Shown piece after piece: positions 1 through 14,728 of a DNA stretch of 64,000 nt (the first letter of the stretch is position 1; each line of letters begins with the position of its first letter). The notes beneath the pieces were generated by a model. That model saw nothing but the letters and a program-made list of their open reading frames with translations. It ran no database searches and was not told where the DNA came from. Location: assembly GCF_009914755.1 (NCBI RefSeq), contig NC_060930.1; one strand, given 5' to 3'. The stretch is from the human T2T-CHM13v2.0 reference genome, Homo sapiens. The position numbers and the translations under genes were made by a program.

Positions 1-808
1 TTTCCTTTGCTTTAAAATATTTTCCACATCTCACATAGGTCCATTCTCAGTTTATTTTCTTTTGAAAATGTTACCATTCATTCATAGCCCGCTACTTTAA
101 AAGCTTTAATTGTAATAATAAACTCTCAGGTTTTTTCTGTCGTCTGACTTCTGTCACAAAGGTACTTAGGCTTTGTACCTCAAACAAGATGTTAAGAAGT
201 ACTGTTCCCCGGAATAGAATAGACATATTTAGACCTTATGCGGGGCAGCACGAGGTGGGCGGCACCTTTGGTGATGCAGTGTGGAGTCTGCAGTAACTGG
301 TGTAATTGAGGCAGGGCAGAGGTGGCCAGGTGCTGGCTGAGCTGGCTCCTGAATATCTGGGCTTGGACTCCAGCATACGCAGACTTAAGGAAACATTGCC
401 AGTGATGGCAAACCACATGTTGCTTGCTTCTCTTTCTTTAAAATTGCTTTTCTGAGAAGCCCAGACAAGACTGAGTGTAAAGCAGATGGCCTGCTCTCCT
501 CAAAGTCACTGGGAAAGGGTCTTTTAATGGAAAAAGCTACCAGGCATCAATTCAGATAGGTGAGAAGGTCCTTACACCCGTGACAACGCCCTGAGCAGTC
601 CATGAAGCTCTGCCTCACTCTTTCCATGACAGCATGTGGCTACTCTGGGCGCGGGAGAAGGAACAGAAACCCCAGCCTCAAAGAGCGTTTGGGGAACATC
701 CAAGGAGAGTAACTAGATCTCTATAGTAACAATTTGTTAATATGATGACACTTCATCATAATGCTGTTTTAGACTACAGATATTAAGGCAAGGTGTTTTC
801 ACAAAGTT

Positions 809-1207
809 CAGTTAATCCTTGAATGATGCAGTCAAAGATCTGCATATAACTTTTGACTCTACAGAAACTTAATTAGTAATAGCCTACTGTTGACTAGAAG
901 CCTTACCAATAACATAAATGGCCAATTTCCACAAATTTTGTACCATATTCTTACAATAAAGCTACAGAAAATATTATTAAGAAAATTATAAGGAAGAAAA
1001 GATATTTATTATTTATTAAGTGGAAGTGGGTCATCATACATAAAGGTCTTCATCCTCATCTTCACATTGAGTAGGGTGAGGAGAAAGAGGAGGTAGAAGA
1101 GGTGGCATTGGTTTTGCAGACTCGGGGTGGGTGACAGAGGTGGGAGAAAATGGAAGTAAATAGGATCCTCCGCACAGTTCAAATTCATGTTGTTCAAGGG
1201 TCAACTG
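809..1207. mobile_element. Tigger2a (MER28)-like TcMar DNA transposon fossil
   Basis: Terminal inverted repeats cagttaatccttgaa ... ttcaagggtcaactg; internal sequence resembles the recalled Tigger2a consensus. Confidence 0.75.
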
Positions 1208-2247
1208 TACTTTGGTTTATTGACTTTAGGGTCTGGCTCACTCAAAAAGTGCTCTAGGTGTTGCCTTTAGTGAGTCCTCCTCCCTTAGAAATAGTATATC
1301 AATATGCAAATCTGTATTACCTTCTGCTTCTGGCTGTTTGAATAAGGGTAGGCTTTGAGCACCCTCCCCAAACCAACCATATGAGGGCATTGTAGATGTC
1401 ACCTATAATTCACACCTGTAGTTCATTAGTAGTTAACACTTAGTTAAACAGCTTTAGGAAATAAACTGCATTATGTCACCACTTATCTAAAAAATCACTA
1501 ATTTGGTTTTTAATTCCATATGTATTTTGCACCTGTCACATACAAAGCACTTTGATAATTACTGTGGGAATATATCAATGGATCAGACAGGATTCCTGAC
1601 TTCAAGAAGCTTATAGTTCAGTTGGCGAAATGATGCACAATACACAAGACAAACTACTAAAGACACAGACCAAATGCTGAGAAAGCCAAAAAGGAAGAGT
1701 GATTTACTTCCGTTGGGGTGACTGGAAGTTTCACTAAGGAAATGTGCTTTAAGCAGGATGTGAAAGGATTTGTAGTATTTGTAGACTCAATATTTGCAAT
1801 GAATGTCCCATTTTTAGCTGCCTCAACCCTCCCTGGAGGCAGACATTGGATTTTGCTGTTTTCATCAAAGGACTGCAATGCCTGGAGAGATCTCTAGACT
1901 TCTCTAGACTCTAGTGATAATAATATCCAACAGCAGCTTCCTAGTTATCTCCGTGAGGGTATTGGTGTGAGGGTCTAGCCCGCTTCTATCCTAGGCATTG
2001 GTGCCTGAAGCTGAGGCTGGCAGGGGAAAGGAGCCCTGCCCTATGTTCCTGATGGCCAGCTGAGGCCTACATTCCTATGTCATTCCTGTTCAGCTCATTC
2101 TCCAGGCACTCCCCACTATTGTGCTTCTCACGCCATCCCAGACATCTCAAGCTGACTTCCCTCAATGACAAAACTCTGTGTCTGATGTCCCCACATCTTT
2201 GTTTTGTTTTTCTAAAGCTCTACCTTGCTTTGTCCCTAACAACAATA

Positions 2248-2913
<666 letters not shown>

Positions 2914-3055
2914 GAATACTACTACTAATAATATAACAATCATTTGTTGAAAATTTACCATGTGACAGATAATATACATAATCTCAGTTAATATTTACAA
3001 CAACCCTATGAACTTTTCAGAATTCTTTTCAGAACCAACTCTACTTGATTTAAGC

Positions 3056-3431
3056 AGTATATTAGTCAGCTTGGGTTGCCATAACAAAATACCAAAGACT
3101 GGGTTGCTTAAATAACAGAAATTTATTTTTCACATTCTGAAGGCTGGAAAGTCCACAATCAAGGCTTGACAGGGTTTGGTTTCTGGTGAGGTCCCTGGCT
3201 TGCAGACAGCTGCCTTCTTGCTGCATCCTCACATGAAAGAGAGAGGTTTCTCTTTCTCTCTTCCTCTTCCTATAAAGTCTTGGTCTTATCTGATTAGGGT
3301 CCCACTCTTATGACCTCATTTAACCTTAATTACTTCCAAAGATCCTACCTCCAGATATAGTCACACTGGGGGTTAGGACTTCAACATATGAATGGAGGAG
3401 TAGAGAGATGACAAAATTCAGTCCATAGCAA
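3056..3431. mobile_element. MaLR (MLT1-like) solo LTR
   Basis: Typical motifs 'tattagtcagcttgggttgccataacaaaatacc...ttaaataacagaaatttatt' and 'ttatgacctcatttaaccttaattac'. Confidence 0.7.
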
Positions 3432-5509
3432 GTAGAAAAGAAATTGGTTGAAAGAAACTAGAGTAGCTCATAAAATCTCCAGGAAGTTTAAAGTGCCAGC
3501 TCAGAAAATAGGCAGGAGCAAAAGGAAGTGAGGTAGCCAGAATCATAGCCAAACCATGACCAGAACCATTCTGATGAGGACCCTGTTGCTATCACTGGCT
3601 GTCAGCCGCTGCTGCCTCAAAAGCCAAATGCTGGTGTCCGCCACCACCAGCAGCCTTGGTATTCATTTTCCCTGCTTCTGTAAGTGCCAGTTCAACAAAC
3701 CAGGCATCTGATTAAGCAAGCTTAGGTTACAGGTAAGCAACCTAGCTGCAAGGGATGCTGGGAAAGACAAGACCTGGGCTATTTTTTAGCTTCTATAATG
3801 GAAGCAGGCCCTACATCCTACCAAGTCTCATATAATACAGAATATTCTAATCATGGGGAAAGGTTCAGATGCTAGATAGATGCCCCTCCAAAGGACAACC
3901 AACACAATTATAATCTCCCATTACAAGTGGTAAGTTAACACTTAGCATACATATGTAAATAATTAAAACAATTTCATGAAATCTCTTATTATGTGCCATG
4001 TACTCCAATATTGTGTATATGTTCTATTTTACATCACTAAAAAGTTATGATCATGAACAAGTAAATTGAGTTTATAACCTACAGGAACATGAATCATAAT
4101 TTGAAAAACAAAAGACTAAGATTAATGTCAGAAGAAATGGGAAATATTTAGGAGGTTATCCCATTATCAGCTGAGAAAAGATAAGGGCATGGACTGTGAC
4201 ACTAAATATGGGAATAAAGCTTTGGAAACAGATGTAAAATGCTTCAAAGAGGAAATATTGACAGATTTTCCTGATGAATGAATGTTGTTTGGGGTTATAG
4301 TGAGAAAAGAGTAAAGGTAAGATCCAAAATTTCTAGCCCAGATAAAAACTTAGTGCTTAACTAAATTAAGCTCTTTCACTGAAAACTGTTTGTCTAACAA
4401 ATCTTGAAAGGCCAATAATAAAAAATGAGATGAAGTCTTAGAACAAGTAGAAAGACTTGGACAGGAAAGTCAATATAAGGAACCAGGCCAAAAAAGATCA
4501 AATTGATATGAGACTATCTGGTACTATTCTTTTGGGGAAATATAAGGTTTAGAAAAGAAAGGGAGAATTTTGAGAAAAATAAAATTAACCAAGGGGGAAA
4601 ATAGAATAGGAATAAAAAGAGAAGAAAAGAAAATCTGAAAGTAATATTTGTTTAACATTTTAGCACCCTTTACTGACATATATTTTAGGATTTTAAAATA
4701 CTTAAATGAATTTATTAACAATAAATTATACAGAGAAGATATATGGAAAAATCAGCCTTGTGAAACTTTCCCCACAGATGAATTGTATAAATTCAACTGG
4801 TATGTCTATGACTTAGCAAGAAAGGAAAGAGGACAGGGGCCATAAGCTATAGATCAGTCGTGTAGAAGTTGATCCTGAGCAAAATGCAGAAAGAGATGAT
4901 CATATGACTGGCTTTTTTGCTTACCTGAATTCTTCCTCTACCAGACTATGAGCATCACGAAGGAAGGAGCTGTGGCTTTTTCTTCTTTATATCTCAGATG
5001 CATACCGTATACACAAAGGCCCAGAGTGCGCACTTAAGAAATATGGGCTGAACCAAATTGAACTGAGCTGAGCAAGTTGACTAAGAACAAGCCTTGTGGG
5101 TAAAATGTGGAAATGTGAACTGAAATATACAAACAGAGTTGGAGACATCTGCAACAGTTTCAAAGAGTTCTGATCAATACCCACTGACAGGAAAATCTTT
5201 AGTGGCCTATTCCTGGGCTATGTACATGAATGGCTCCTGTTTAATATTTTTACCAAACAATTATGGAATACCCAGATAATATGCACATCAAATTTACAAA
5301 TGACTCAGGGCTGGGAGGTAAAACTAACATACTAGATAACTGAGTCAGGATTAAAGACAAAAAAGCTAGAATGAGAGAACCAAACCTAACAATAACAATT
5401 TTAAAAAGTAACAGGGATCAATAAAAAGTCTTGCAGCACAATAATAACAAACAAATTAATTGCATTAGTACAGGAGAGGGAAATGTAAAATGACTCAGAC
5501 TTTCAATTC

Positions 5510-7985
5510 TCCCACTATAGCTGTCCAGAAAGCCTAAAATCTCTCCTTCTAAAATCTACTTAGAGATTCTGGATAAAATATAATACATACTCCTTTTAAT
5601 GCATAAATTTACAAAAATGTAAGGAAAATATCTAAGGACCCAAAACAAAGAAGTAAATGAAAATCGAAATAAAAGCTTATGAGCTAATCCTGGGGCACAC
5701 ATAGGAGTGTGGGATGGAGAAAGAAGGCTGACATCAGAAACCAGGGTCTTAGGCCAATAGGGAGTGGGTAATTTGAATTGAAGATGGCTTTATAAACCTG
5801 AAGCTATCACTAATAGGAATGTCAAAGAAACTTGCCTTTCTACCTGAACTATGGGTGGGAAAAGTCTTCCTTCAGTATTTGTAAACATTGACTCTATCCA
5901 TGTACATAATTGAGGTGTAAATTTGTACTACCCAAATGTCATGCAAATCTCAATCACAGAAAGTAATATAAAAAGTGGTTTGAAGATGACTAGCCCTGAA
6001 GTAGCAGGCAGAAGCAAAAATAAATCTACTCTATAGTGATGTGCCCATAAACTAGCAGAACAGGACTCCAGTAGACAATGTCCCACCAAACATGAGCTCA
6101 CAATCTAAAACAACAAAACCCACAAGAACACAATCCACCATAAAAGAGTCAGCAGGTATAACAAAGAGTGAGTGTAGACATACAAGAGCTATCACATAAG
6201 ACTATATAATAGACGTGTTTAAAATTATTAAATACCCAAAATAAGTTATAAAAAATAATAACATAACAAGACACTATGAAACACAAAAACAGATAGGAAA
6301 AAAAAATGACCAAGTAGAACTTCTAAAAATGAAGATATCACCATTGAAATTTTAAAAACTCAATATAAGGGTTAAATGGAAGATTAGACATAGGTGAGAA
6401 AAGGCTTAATGAACTAGAAGAAATATTTGAAGAAACTACTCAAAATGCAAGAAAGAGCAATAAAAAGAAAGAAAATATATTTTTCAAAGTCTAAGGGATA
6501 ACACTGAATGAAAAGAAAAATGTATGTTTAATATGAGTTACAGAAATAGGCACTACAGAGAATGGAGGAAAGGAAATATGGAAAAAAAAAAAAAAGACTA
6601 GCTGAGAATTTTCCAGAATTGGTGACAGACATGAATCCTCAGATTTAGGAAGCACAATTAGTTCCAACTGGGATAGATAAATAAAAATAAATCCACATTG
6701 AGATGCATCATTGAGAAACCATAAAACACCTGCACAAAGTAAAACTCTTTTAAAAAATGCAAGAAAAGACATTGCCTGAAAAAGACCAATTAGACTAAAG
6801 CAGACTTCTCAAAAGCAAAAGCTAAAGAGTGATGGAATCGTATCTTCAACATACTGAGAGAACATGCTGTCAACCAAGAATTCCACACCCAGCTAATATG
6901 TAAATCAAATGAAATAAATAATGAAAGAGTTAATCATTAATAGACCCTCTCTGAATAAGCCATCAAAGGATGTACTTCAGGAAGAAGGAAACTGAAACCA
7001 GAAAGAAGTGAAAACAGGCAACACTTAGCAAAGAAACTAGGATAACACGGGGAATAAGCTAAACATGCACAGATTTTTTAAATAAAATAACAGTAATTAC
7101 TAATGAGTCATATAAAAACAAGATAGAATTAAAACATTTAACAATAGAGAAAATGGGAGGTATGTGATTAAAGTGAATCATATATATCAGATAAGTAGCG
7201 ACATTAATTTTAGACTTTATAAAGTCAAGTATGTTTAAAAATTTTTAACAATAGCCACTAAAAGAAAAGAAAGTACAAAATTTTCAAATAATTAGCAGAG
7301 AAAACAAATAAGGAAAAGTTTGTCAGCAAAACAGGCAGTAGGAAAGGTGGGAGAAAAAAGAAAAAGGCACAGAAAAAAAGGTTAAATTGAAAAGTAAATA
7401 TGATAGAAATGATTGCAAATGTTGGCAAACCACTAAATCGACTAAAACTTGAATAAAAGTAAAAATCATCCATGTCATTTATAAAGAGACTCAACTAAAG
7501 CATAAGGATATAAGAAGCTTGAAAATAAAAACAAAAAATATATATTTTTATATATCCCACTTAGTGTAAAGATTCACACATTTTATTGTGATCATATCAA
7601 TATGCTTGATTACTGAATGCTGGCCCAGATCCTTTGCTGGTGTTATATAATATTCTGTACTGTGGGCTTTAGAAAAGATATAGTAGACCTATAATTTTGT
7701 AAAATAGACTTTAAGATATAAAGAATTGTTAGAGATAAAATCAGTCATTACATAGGATAAAAGAGAGGATTTTCAGGAAGGTGAAACAATTCTAAACTCA
7801 TAACACAACCTCCAAATATATAAGGCATAAATTGACAGAATTACAAGTAGAAATATATGCATCTGAAGGTTTTTAACACATCTCCCTTGGTTCTTGATAA
7901 ATCAAACAGAAAAAAAATTCACATGGATATAGCAAACCTGGACCACAAAGTCAACAGGTTTGATCCAAATGGATAAACGTGGAAT
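5510..7985 (+). mobile_element. Old, degenerate L1 (L1M-type) 5'/ORF1/early ORF2 remnant
   Basis: A-rich plus strand with L1 ORF1-like remnants ('gcagacttctcaaaagc', 'tatcttcaacatactgagag') and no intact ORF. Confidence 0.6.
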
Positions 7986-8030
7986 ATTGCAGGAAGTTTT
8001 TTAGTTATTAAAAAGACTTCAGACAATTTT

Positions 8031-8831
8031 ATTTATTTATTTATTTATTTTTATTTTACTCTAAGTTTTAGGGTACATGTGCACATTGTGCAGGTTAGTT
8101 ACATATGTATACATGTGCCATGCTGGTGCGCTGCACCCACTAATGTGTCATCTAGCATTAGGTATATCTCCCAATGCTATCCCTCCCCCCTCCCCCGACC
8201 CCACCACAGTCCCCAGAGTGTGATATTCCCCTTCCTGTGTCCATGTGATCTCATTGTTCAATTCCCACCTATGAGTGAGAATATGCGGTGTTTGGTTTTT
8301 TGTTCTTGTGATAGTTTACTGAGAATGATGGTTTCCAATTTCATCCATGTCCCTACAAAGGATATGAACTCATCATTTTTTATGGCTGCATAGTATTCCA
8401 TGGTGTATATGTGCCACATTTTCTTAATCCAGTCTATCATTGTTGGACATTTGGGTTGGTTCCAAGTCTTTGCTATTGTGAATAGTGCCGCAATAAACAT
8501 ACGTGTGCATGTGTCTTTATAGCAGCATGATTTATGCAGCCAAAAAACACATGAAGAAATGCTCATCATCACTGGCCATCAGAGAAATGCAAATCAAAAC
8601 CACTATGAGATATCATCTCACACCAGTTAGAATGGCAATCATTAAAAAGTCAGGAAACAACAGGTGCTGGAGAGGATGCGGAGAAATAGGAACACTTTTA
8701 CACTGTTGGTGGGACTGTAAACTAGTTCAACCATTGTGGAAGTCAGTGTGGCGATTCCTCAGGGATCTAGAACTAGAAATACCATTTGACCCAGCCATCC
8801 CATTACTGGGTATATACCCAAATGAGTATAA
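8031..8831 (-). mobile_element. L1HS-Ta (Ta-1) 5'-truncated insertion with 5' inversion (~0.8 kb)
   Basis: L1 3' UTR and tail lie on the minus strand at 8031-8535, with the diagnostic 'gatgACAttagtg' ACA and 'aaacttaGagta' G. An inverted ORF2 segment lies on the plus strand at 8530-8831. TSD ttcagacaatttt at 8018-8030 and 8832-8844. Confidence 0.92.
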
Positions 8832-10096
8832 TTCAGACAATTTTAAATTGACTCTTGGAATCATGTGTCAGGTGGAGAGTTTGGTCAAATGACCTCTAAG
8901 ATCTCAACTGACTCTGGGATTGTTTAGTCTAGTTTCAATAAATATTTCACTTACAGATTTAAAATACAGGCCAGGCTTTTCTTTCTTTCAAAACTGGGTA
9001 AAGCTCTAGGATGAGTTATAGCTTGAGGTATAAACCTCAACATTCCCACTGTGTTCCACTTTGAGTTTGGTGTGGGGTGGGGATCACCAATCTAAACCCA
9101 AAGAAAACTTCATGGGTGTAGCCCAAAGGGAACCAAATCAAACGAACCAACAATTTTGCACAAATTCCCATGAGCCAAAACCACTGAATTTCACTCAGCA
9201 ACAAAGACCTATATTAGACCCCCTCATCAACTTGAGCCAAATTTTCCTAAACCTCAGACATATCAGGACACTGTTGAGTTTGAAAGATGAACAAAAGGCT
9301 TGATTTTAAAAGAATTAACTTGAAACTATTCAAGCTTCTATAACATTTTGGAGTCTTTACAATAGAACATTTTGGAGTCTTTACCATGGAATAAAATAAC
9401 TGAAGAAATAAATCATAAAAGGCCCCAGTACCCTCTTCCAGAGAGCAGTATTTCCTCCTAGACATTCACCGCAGAGGAAAATAAAAAAATCACATACTGA
9501 TGTTCAACAAACAAATGACAGCAGAATTTTAAAAGGAAGAATAAGTTACAAAGCACACGTTGAAATAATATGTTGGGCTAAATTTACAACTAACATCTTT
9601 GTAAAAACAGACTTGGCCCAAACATCAATTTGTATACACAATTAGAGTTCTGTTATTAAAAACAGATGAAGACAAAAGGAAGCCATCATTTAATTGGTAC
9701 TAACTGTACCTACTTGTGTGGAAAACAGTGCTGTGTGTACTGATACATGAATTCACATGGCCAAATTTATGATATCTCAGTCTCTTTTTAAAGAGTCCAG
9801 TTAATCTGCTTACATCATATCATTTTTAAGGGATGCATTAGGGCGGTATTATCCTCACTGATGCTTACCTTACCACCAGGGGTGAGATACCTAGAAATGG
9901 AACGGTGGGGGACAGGGCAAGGAAGACGGAAGAAAAGTTAACAGAGGAGTCATCTGTCCAGTAGGATTTTAGATCCTTTGGCTTCTTCTGAAATTCCCTT
10001 TGGCTTTTGAACATGTCATTCTCTCTCCATGGAATGCTATCCAGAATGTCCATGTTTCTGAATTGGAGATCAGCCTTATAATCAATGCATAGATAA

Positions 10097-10423
<327 letters not shown>

Positions 10424-10513
10424 GGCAGGGTTTCTTTTCTTACATGGAAGCTGTTATAACCTAACAGTATATCTTAAAAGTTCTGGCATCTCAAATAAAA
10501 CAAGTATAGTTAG

Positions 10514-10813
10514 TTTTTTTGTTTGTTTGTTTTGAGGCAGGGTCTCATGCTGTTGCCCAGGCTGGAGTGCAGTGGCGTGATCTCAGCTCACTGCAACCTC
10601 CACTTCCCGGGTTGAGCAATTCTCATGCCTCAGCCTCCCAAGTAGCTGGGATTACAGCGGCACACCACCACACCTGGCTAATTTTTGTAATTTTAGTAGA
10701 CACAAAGTTTCGCCATGTTGGCCAGGCTGGTTTTGAACTCCTGACCTCAAGTGACCCGCCCACCTCAGCCTCCCAAAGTGCTGGGACTACAGGCATGAGC
10801 CACCATGCCCGGG
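10514..10813 (-). mobile_element. AluS element
   Basis: Dimeric Alu; degenerate TSD tata(g/a)ttagttttt. Confidence 0.9.
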
Positions 10814-12687
10814 TGTATAATTAGTTTTTAATTCAGAAAACTATCAGCTTCTTAAGAGCAGACATGGCACTTTAATATTTGTCAGTAATTCCTGCTGTAC
10901 CCATCATAGCTCTGGCTTTCAGTGACTAGGCACTGACTGGTTTAGATAGGCCTTCAAACAACTTAGAGTTCAATACAGTAAACAGGAGAACACCAACAGA
11001 AAATTCACTAATGCATATATGAAACTGTAGAAGGGAAATGGGTCAGCTACCTTTCTCACAGATAGATAGTAGAGGGAGACATGATGGGCTTATCAATGAA
11101 GACCTTAATCTAAGAACTAAAAGAGAGAGAATGCAGTTTAACAGGCAGTGAAACAAATACCCCATGCTACTCTGACAACTTGACAAAGACTAGAAATAGG
11201 TGGTCATTAAGCCAGCAGCTTTGCTAAAAAGGCCAGTAGAAGATGTAGTAAGTGGTTATAAAAGTAAGGCAATAAGCTAAGGTAGCTACAGAAGTGGTGC
11301 TACCATTCCATAAACATGTATTTAAAACCCTTTTTGTCCCATTTTATTAGGTAAAATAGGGAATAGAAGAAGGACTGCAGGTGGGGAATGCAAAAGTGAA
11401 TAAAACACAGTGCTTGTCTTTAGTATGGTCAGTGTACAGGACACAGGCAGATAAATACAATTACAATATGATAAAGGCCATGTATCAAGTACTTTGGGTA
11501 CAAGGAAGAGGGAATAAATGTGTCTGTCTGAGAAAGCCAATAAAAGTTCTTAATAAATGACTTCAAAAAGTAATTCAATGCTGAGAAGTTGAATCTGGGC
11601 AAATAAATACATAAAATAAAATAAAATAAAATAAAAAATAACTCAAGACATTTTTATACTATAACATTAAGGCAAAATTTTGATGATCCGATTTGAACAC
11701 AATGACCATTACAATGAAGGAAAGATCTTCATAATATAACCAAGCTGTTTCCATATTTCAGAAGAATACCCAATTAAAAGCAAAAACAAAAAGACCTTCA
11801 CTTCTCTATTTACAACAAACTGCCAACACCAAATAGTTCACTATAGGAACTGTATTCTGTTTTGTTTTGTTTCATTTTCTGGCCCTTGTTCATGTATATT
11901 TTCATGTATAAAAACAGCACCTGAGGATGTAGCTTTTTATGCTACAAAAAGTAGGAGAGAATACTATTTACCTTAATGTTTTAAAAAAAAACTCTAGAAT
12001 CTTTTCTTGTCAACAAATCATAATTGCCTTTTAATTTTTTTCTCTTCCTCAACTACCCCTACTTCTTTCAATACTCAAATCCTTCAGCCAGAAACAAACA
12101 AAAAACCCAAAGCCAACATTCCATGTAAAATATCAGGGAGGCTAGAGAAGAGGCAGGAGGTTCACTAGATAGATCTCACTTCTCATTTCAGAGTCAGAAC
12201 TCTTCCCTTCCCAATTCCACGGAGAAATGGACAATAAACAGTTTCATCCTTAGTTTCTGTGGACTGGAAATGCAATTTCTGGCCCTGTGACAAATTCTGC
12301 TATAACAAAGCCAATAGCATGCCCCGTGGAATTCACTGTAATGGGATTTTAACTGTATTGGCATTATGTACAAATCCAAAGAAAAGCACATCTTAGGGAA
12401 TGATGAATGTAGGAAGAACTACAGGGGTATGTAGAGTTTGGAAAATTCACCATTTTTTTCTTTCAGAGAAAAAAAATGCTCATCGGGGGGAAATACTGAA
12501 TTCTGTCAACTTACTCATTCCACAGATATTTATGAATACTTACTACATATCATGTGTCAGGCACTGGTCTCACTGCTAGGAATGCAGTAATAAGAAGACA
12601 GAAAAGAACCATGTTCTCATGGAACTTATGTATGAATCGGGGAGACAGATAATAAATAAACAAGAAAAAGATCAGAAAGCATAAGTA

Positions 12688-13037
12688 CTGTTATGCATCG
12701 CTAAACAATAGTGATACATTCTGTGAAATCCTTCATTTGGAGATTTAGTCCTTGTGTGAACATCATAGCATGTACTTACACAAATCTAGATGGTTTAGCC
12801 TACGACACACCCAGGCTATATTGGCATAGACTGTTGCTCCTAAGGTACAAACATGTGCAGGATGTTACTGTACTGAATACGGTAGGCAACTGTAACACAG
12901 TACTAAGCATTTGTGTCTCTAAACATATGTAAATATAGAAAAGGTACAGTAAAAATACAGTATTATAATCTCATGGGATAACTTTTGTATATGTGGTCTG
13001 TCAATGATCTAAACGTCCTTATGCAGTGCATAATCGA
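12688..13037. mobile_element. Tigger3a (MER7/Golem-like) DNA transposon fossil inside an L2 remnant
   Basis: Matches the recalled Tigger3a consensus ('gtacttacacaaatctagatgg...gttactgtactgaatac...agaaaaggtacagtaaaaatac'). Confidence 0.75.
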
Positions 13038-13079
13038 ACTATGAAGAGAATGCAAATAAAATAATGCACTACAATGTGA

Positions 13080-13385
<306 letters not shown>

Positions 13386-13399
13386 TGACTAGATATTTC

Positions 13400-14260
13400 T
13401 AATGCGATTGGGAGGTCAGCAAAGCCTTTCTGAGGAGCTAACAGTAAAACTGAGATCTAAGCGATAAGGAGGAAGGACACTTAGAGATAAGGTAACAGGC
13501 CAAAGGGCAAGAACAATCTTGTCTTATTTTAGGAAACAAAAGAAAGCTGCTGAGCCTGGGCAAAGGAAAGGAAAAGGTAGGTCTGAGAGGCTGGTAGAGG
13601 CCAGATGGCAGGGTTTTACAAACAAGGTATAGTCTGAGTTTTATGCAAAGTTTGAGAGAGCCTTTATAGCACTTTAAACAGGGGGATGATTGGATATGAT
13701 CTGCATTTTTAAAAGCTCATTTTGGCTAGTGAATGGTGACTGGACTATAAGTGGCCAAGAGAGTGAAGGGTTAGAGGATTGCTGCAAAACTGATTAGGGT
13801 GGCAGTAATGAAAATGGAGACAAATTGATTGATTCGGGAGATACTTTAGAGTTCAGTTGACAGGACCTGCTGAAAGGAGATGAGGAAAAGAGCAAATCAG
13901 AATGACTGGAGCCATTTACTAAGAAAAGGATAATTGAGGGAGGACAGATTTGGATAAAGAGGATCAAGAGTTCCTTAAAATATACCAACTTTTAGATGTT
14001 CATAAATACCCAAGTGGAGATGTCAAGAATGTGACTAGATACAGATGTCTGGAGTTCTGGGGAGAGATCAGAGCTAGAGATACAGATTTGAGAATCAATG
14101 ACATAAAGATTATATTCAAAGTCATGGAACTGAATGAGATCATAAAGAGATCAAGAAGAGAAGACTTAGTCCAAGGTTGGGGCCATCAGTGTTAAGGGCT
14201 CATGGAGGAGAGGAGGAATAGGCAAAGAAGACAGAAGAACAGCCGAGTGGGTAAGGGAAT
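13400..14260 (+). mobile_element. L2 LINE remnant (continues at ~15340-15900)
   Basis: Purine-rich degenerate L2-like sequence ('gatgtctggagttctggggagagatcagagctagagatacagatttgagaatca'). Confidence 0.6.
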
Positions 14261-14728
14261 AGGATAGTGTGTATCTGTTTGGGTCATCCTCTGGAAATCT
14301 GACACCAAGATGGAATTAGATGTACAAGAGAGATATAAAAGAGGAGGAAGTAGGATTAGGTAATGAGAGGTTCAGACCTGGTGTGGATCTGACATCTGTG
14401 AAAGGAGGCAGGGATAGTAAGGATTAGATACGAAGAGCTCAGTTCTAAGAAAGACTTGACCTAGTCAAAGGAGAGTTTGGATTCAACATTGCCAATTAGA
14501 AGATTCTCATGTAATGAAAGAATGTTCCAATTCTAGTATCCCCATCATGCTCAGTTATTGACTGGGAACACTCCAAGGAAGCCTGGATTGTGTTTCCACT
14601 GTGTTCAATCTAGGGGTATGGTAGCTGAAGGCTGCTAGTCAGCTCTTGCCCTGCAGCAGATACTCATGAAGGGAGACACAGGACACTTCCATAGCTACCA
14701 CAGTATGATGTTATGAAAATTAAGAGTA

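Noticed and set aside
8079-8892. ORFs 8079-8393, 8258-8572 and 8503-8892 as genes
   Set aside because: They are pieces of the L1 ORF2p C-terminus, or its antisense, split by the inversion; there is no promoter or full ORF.
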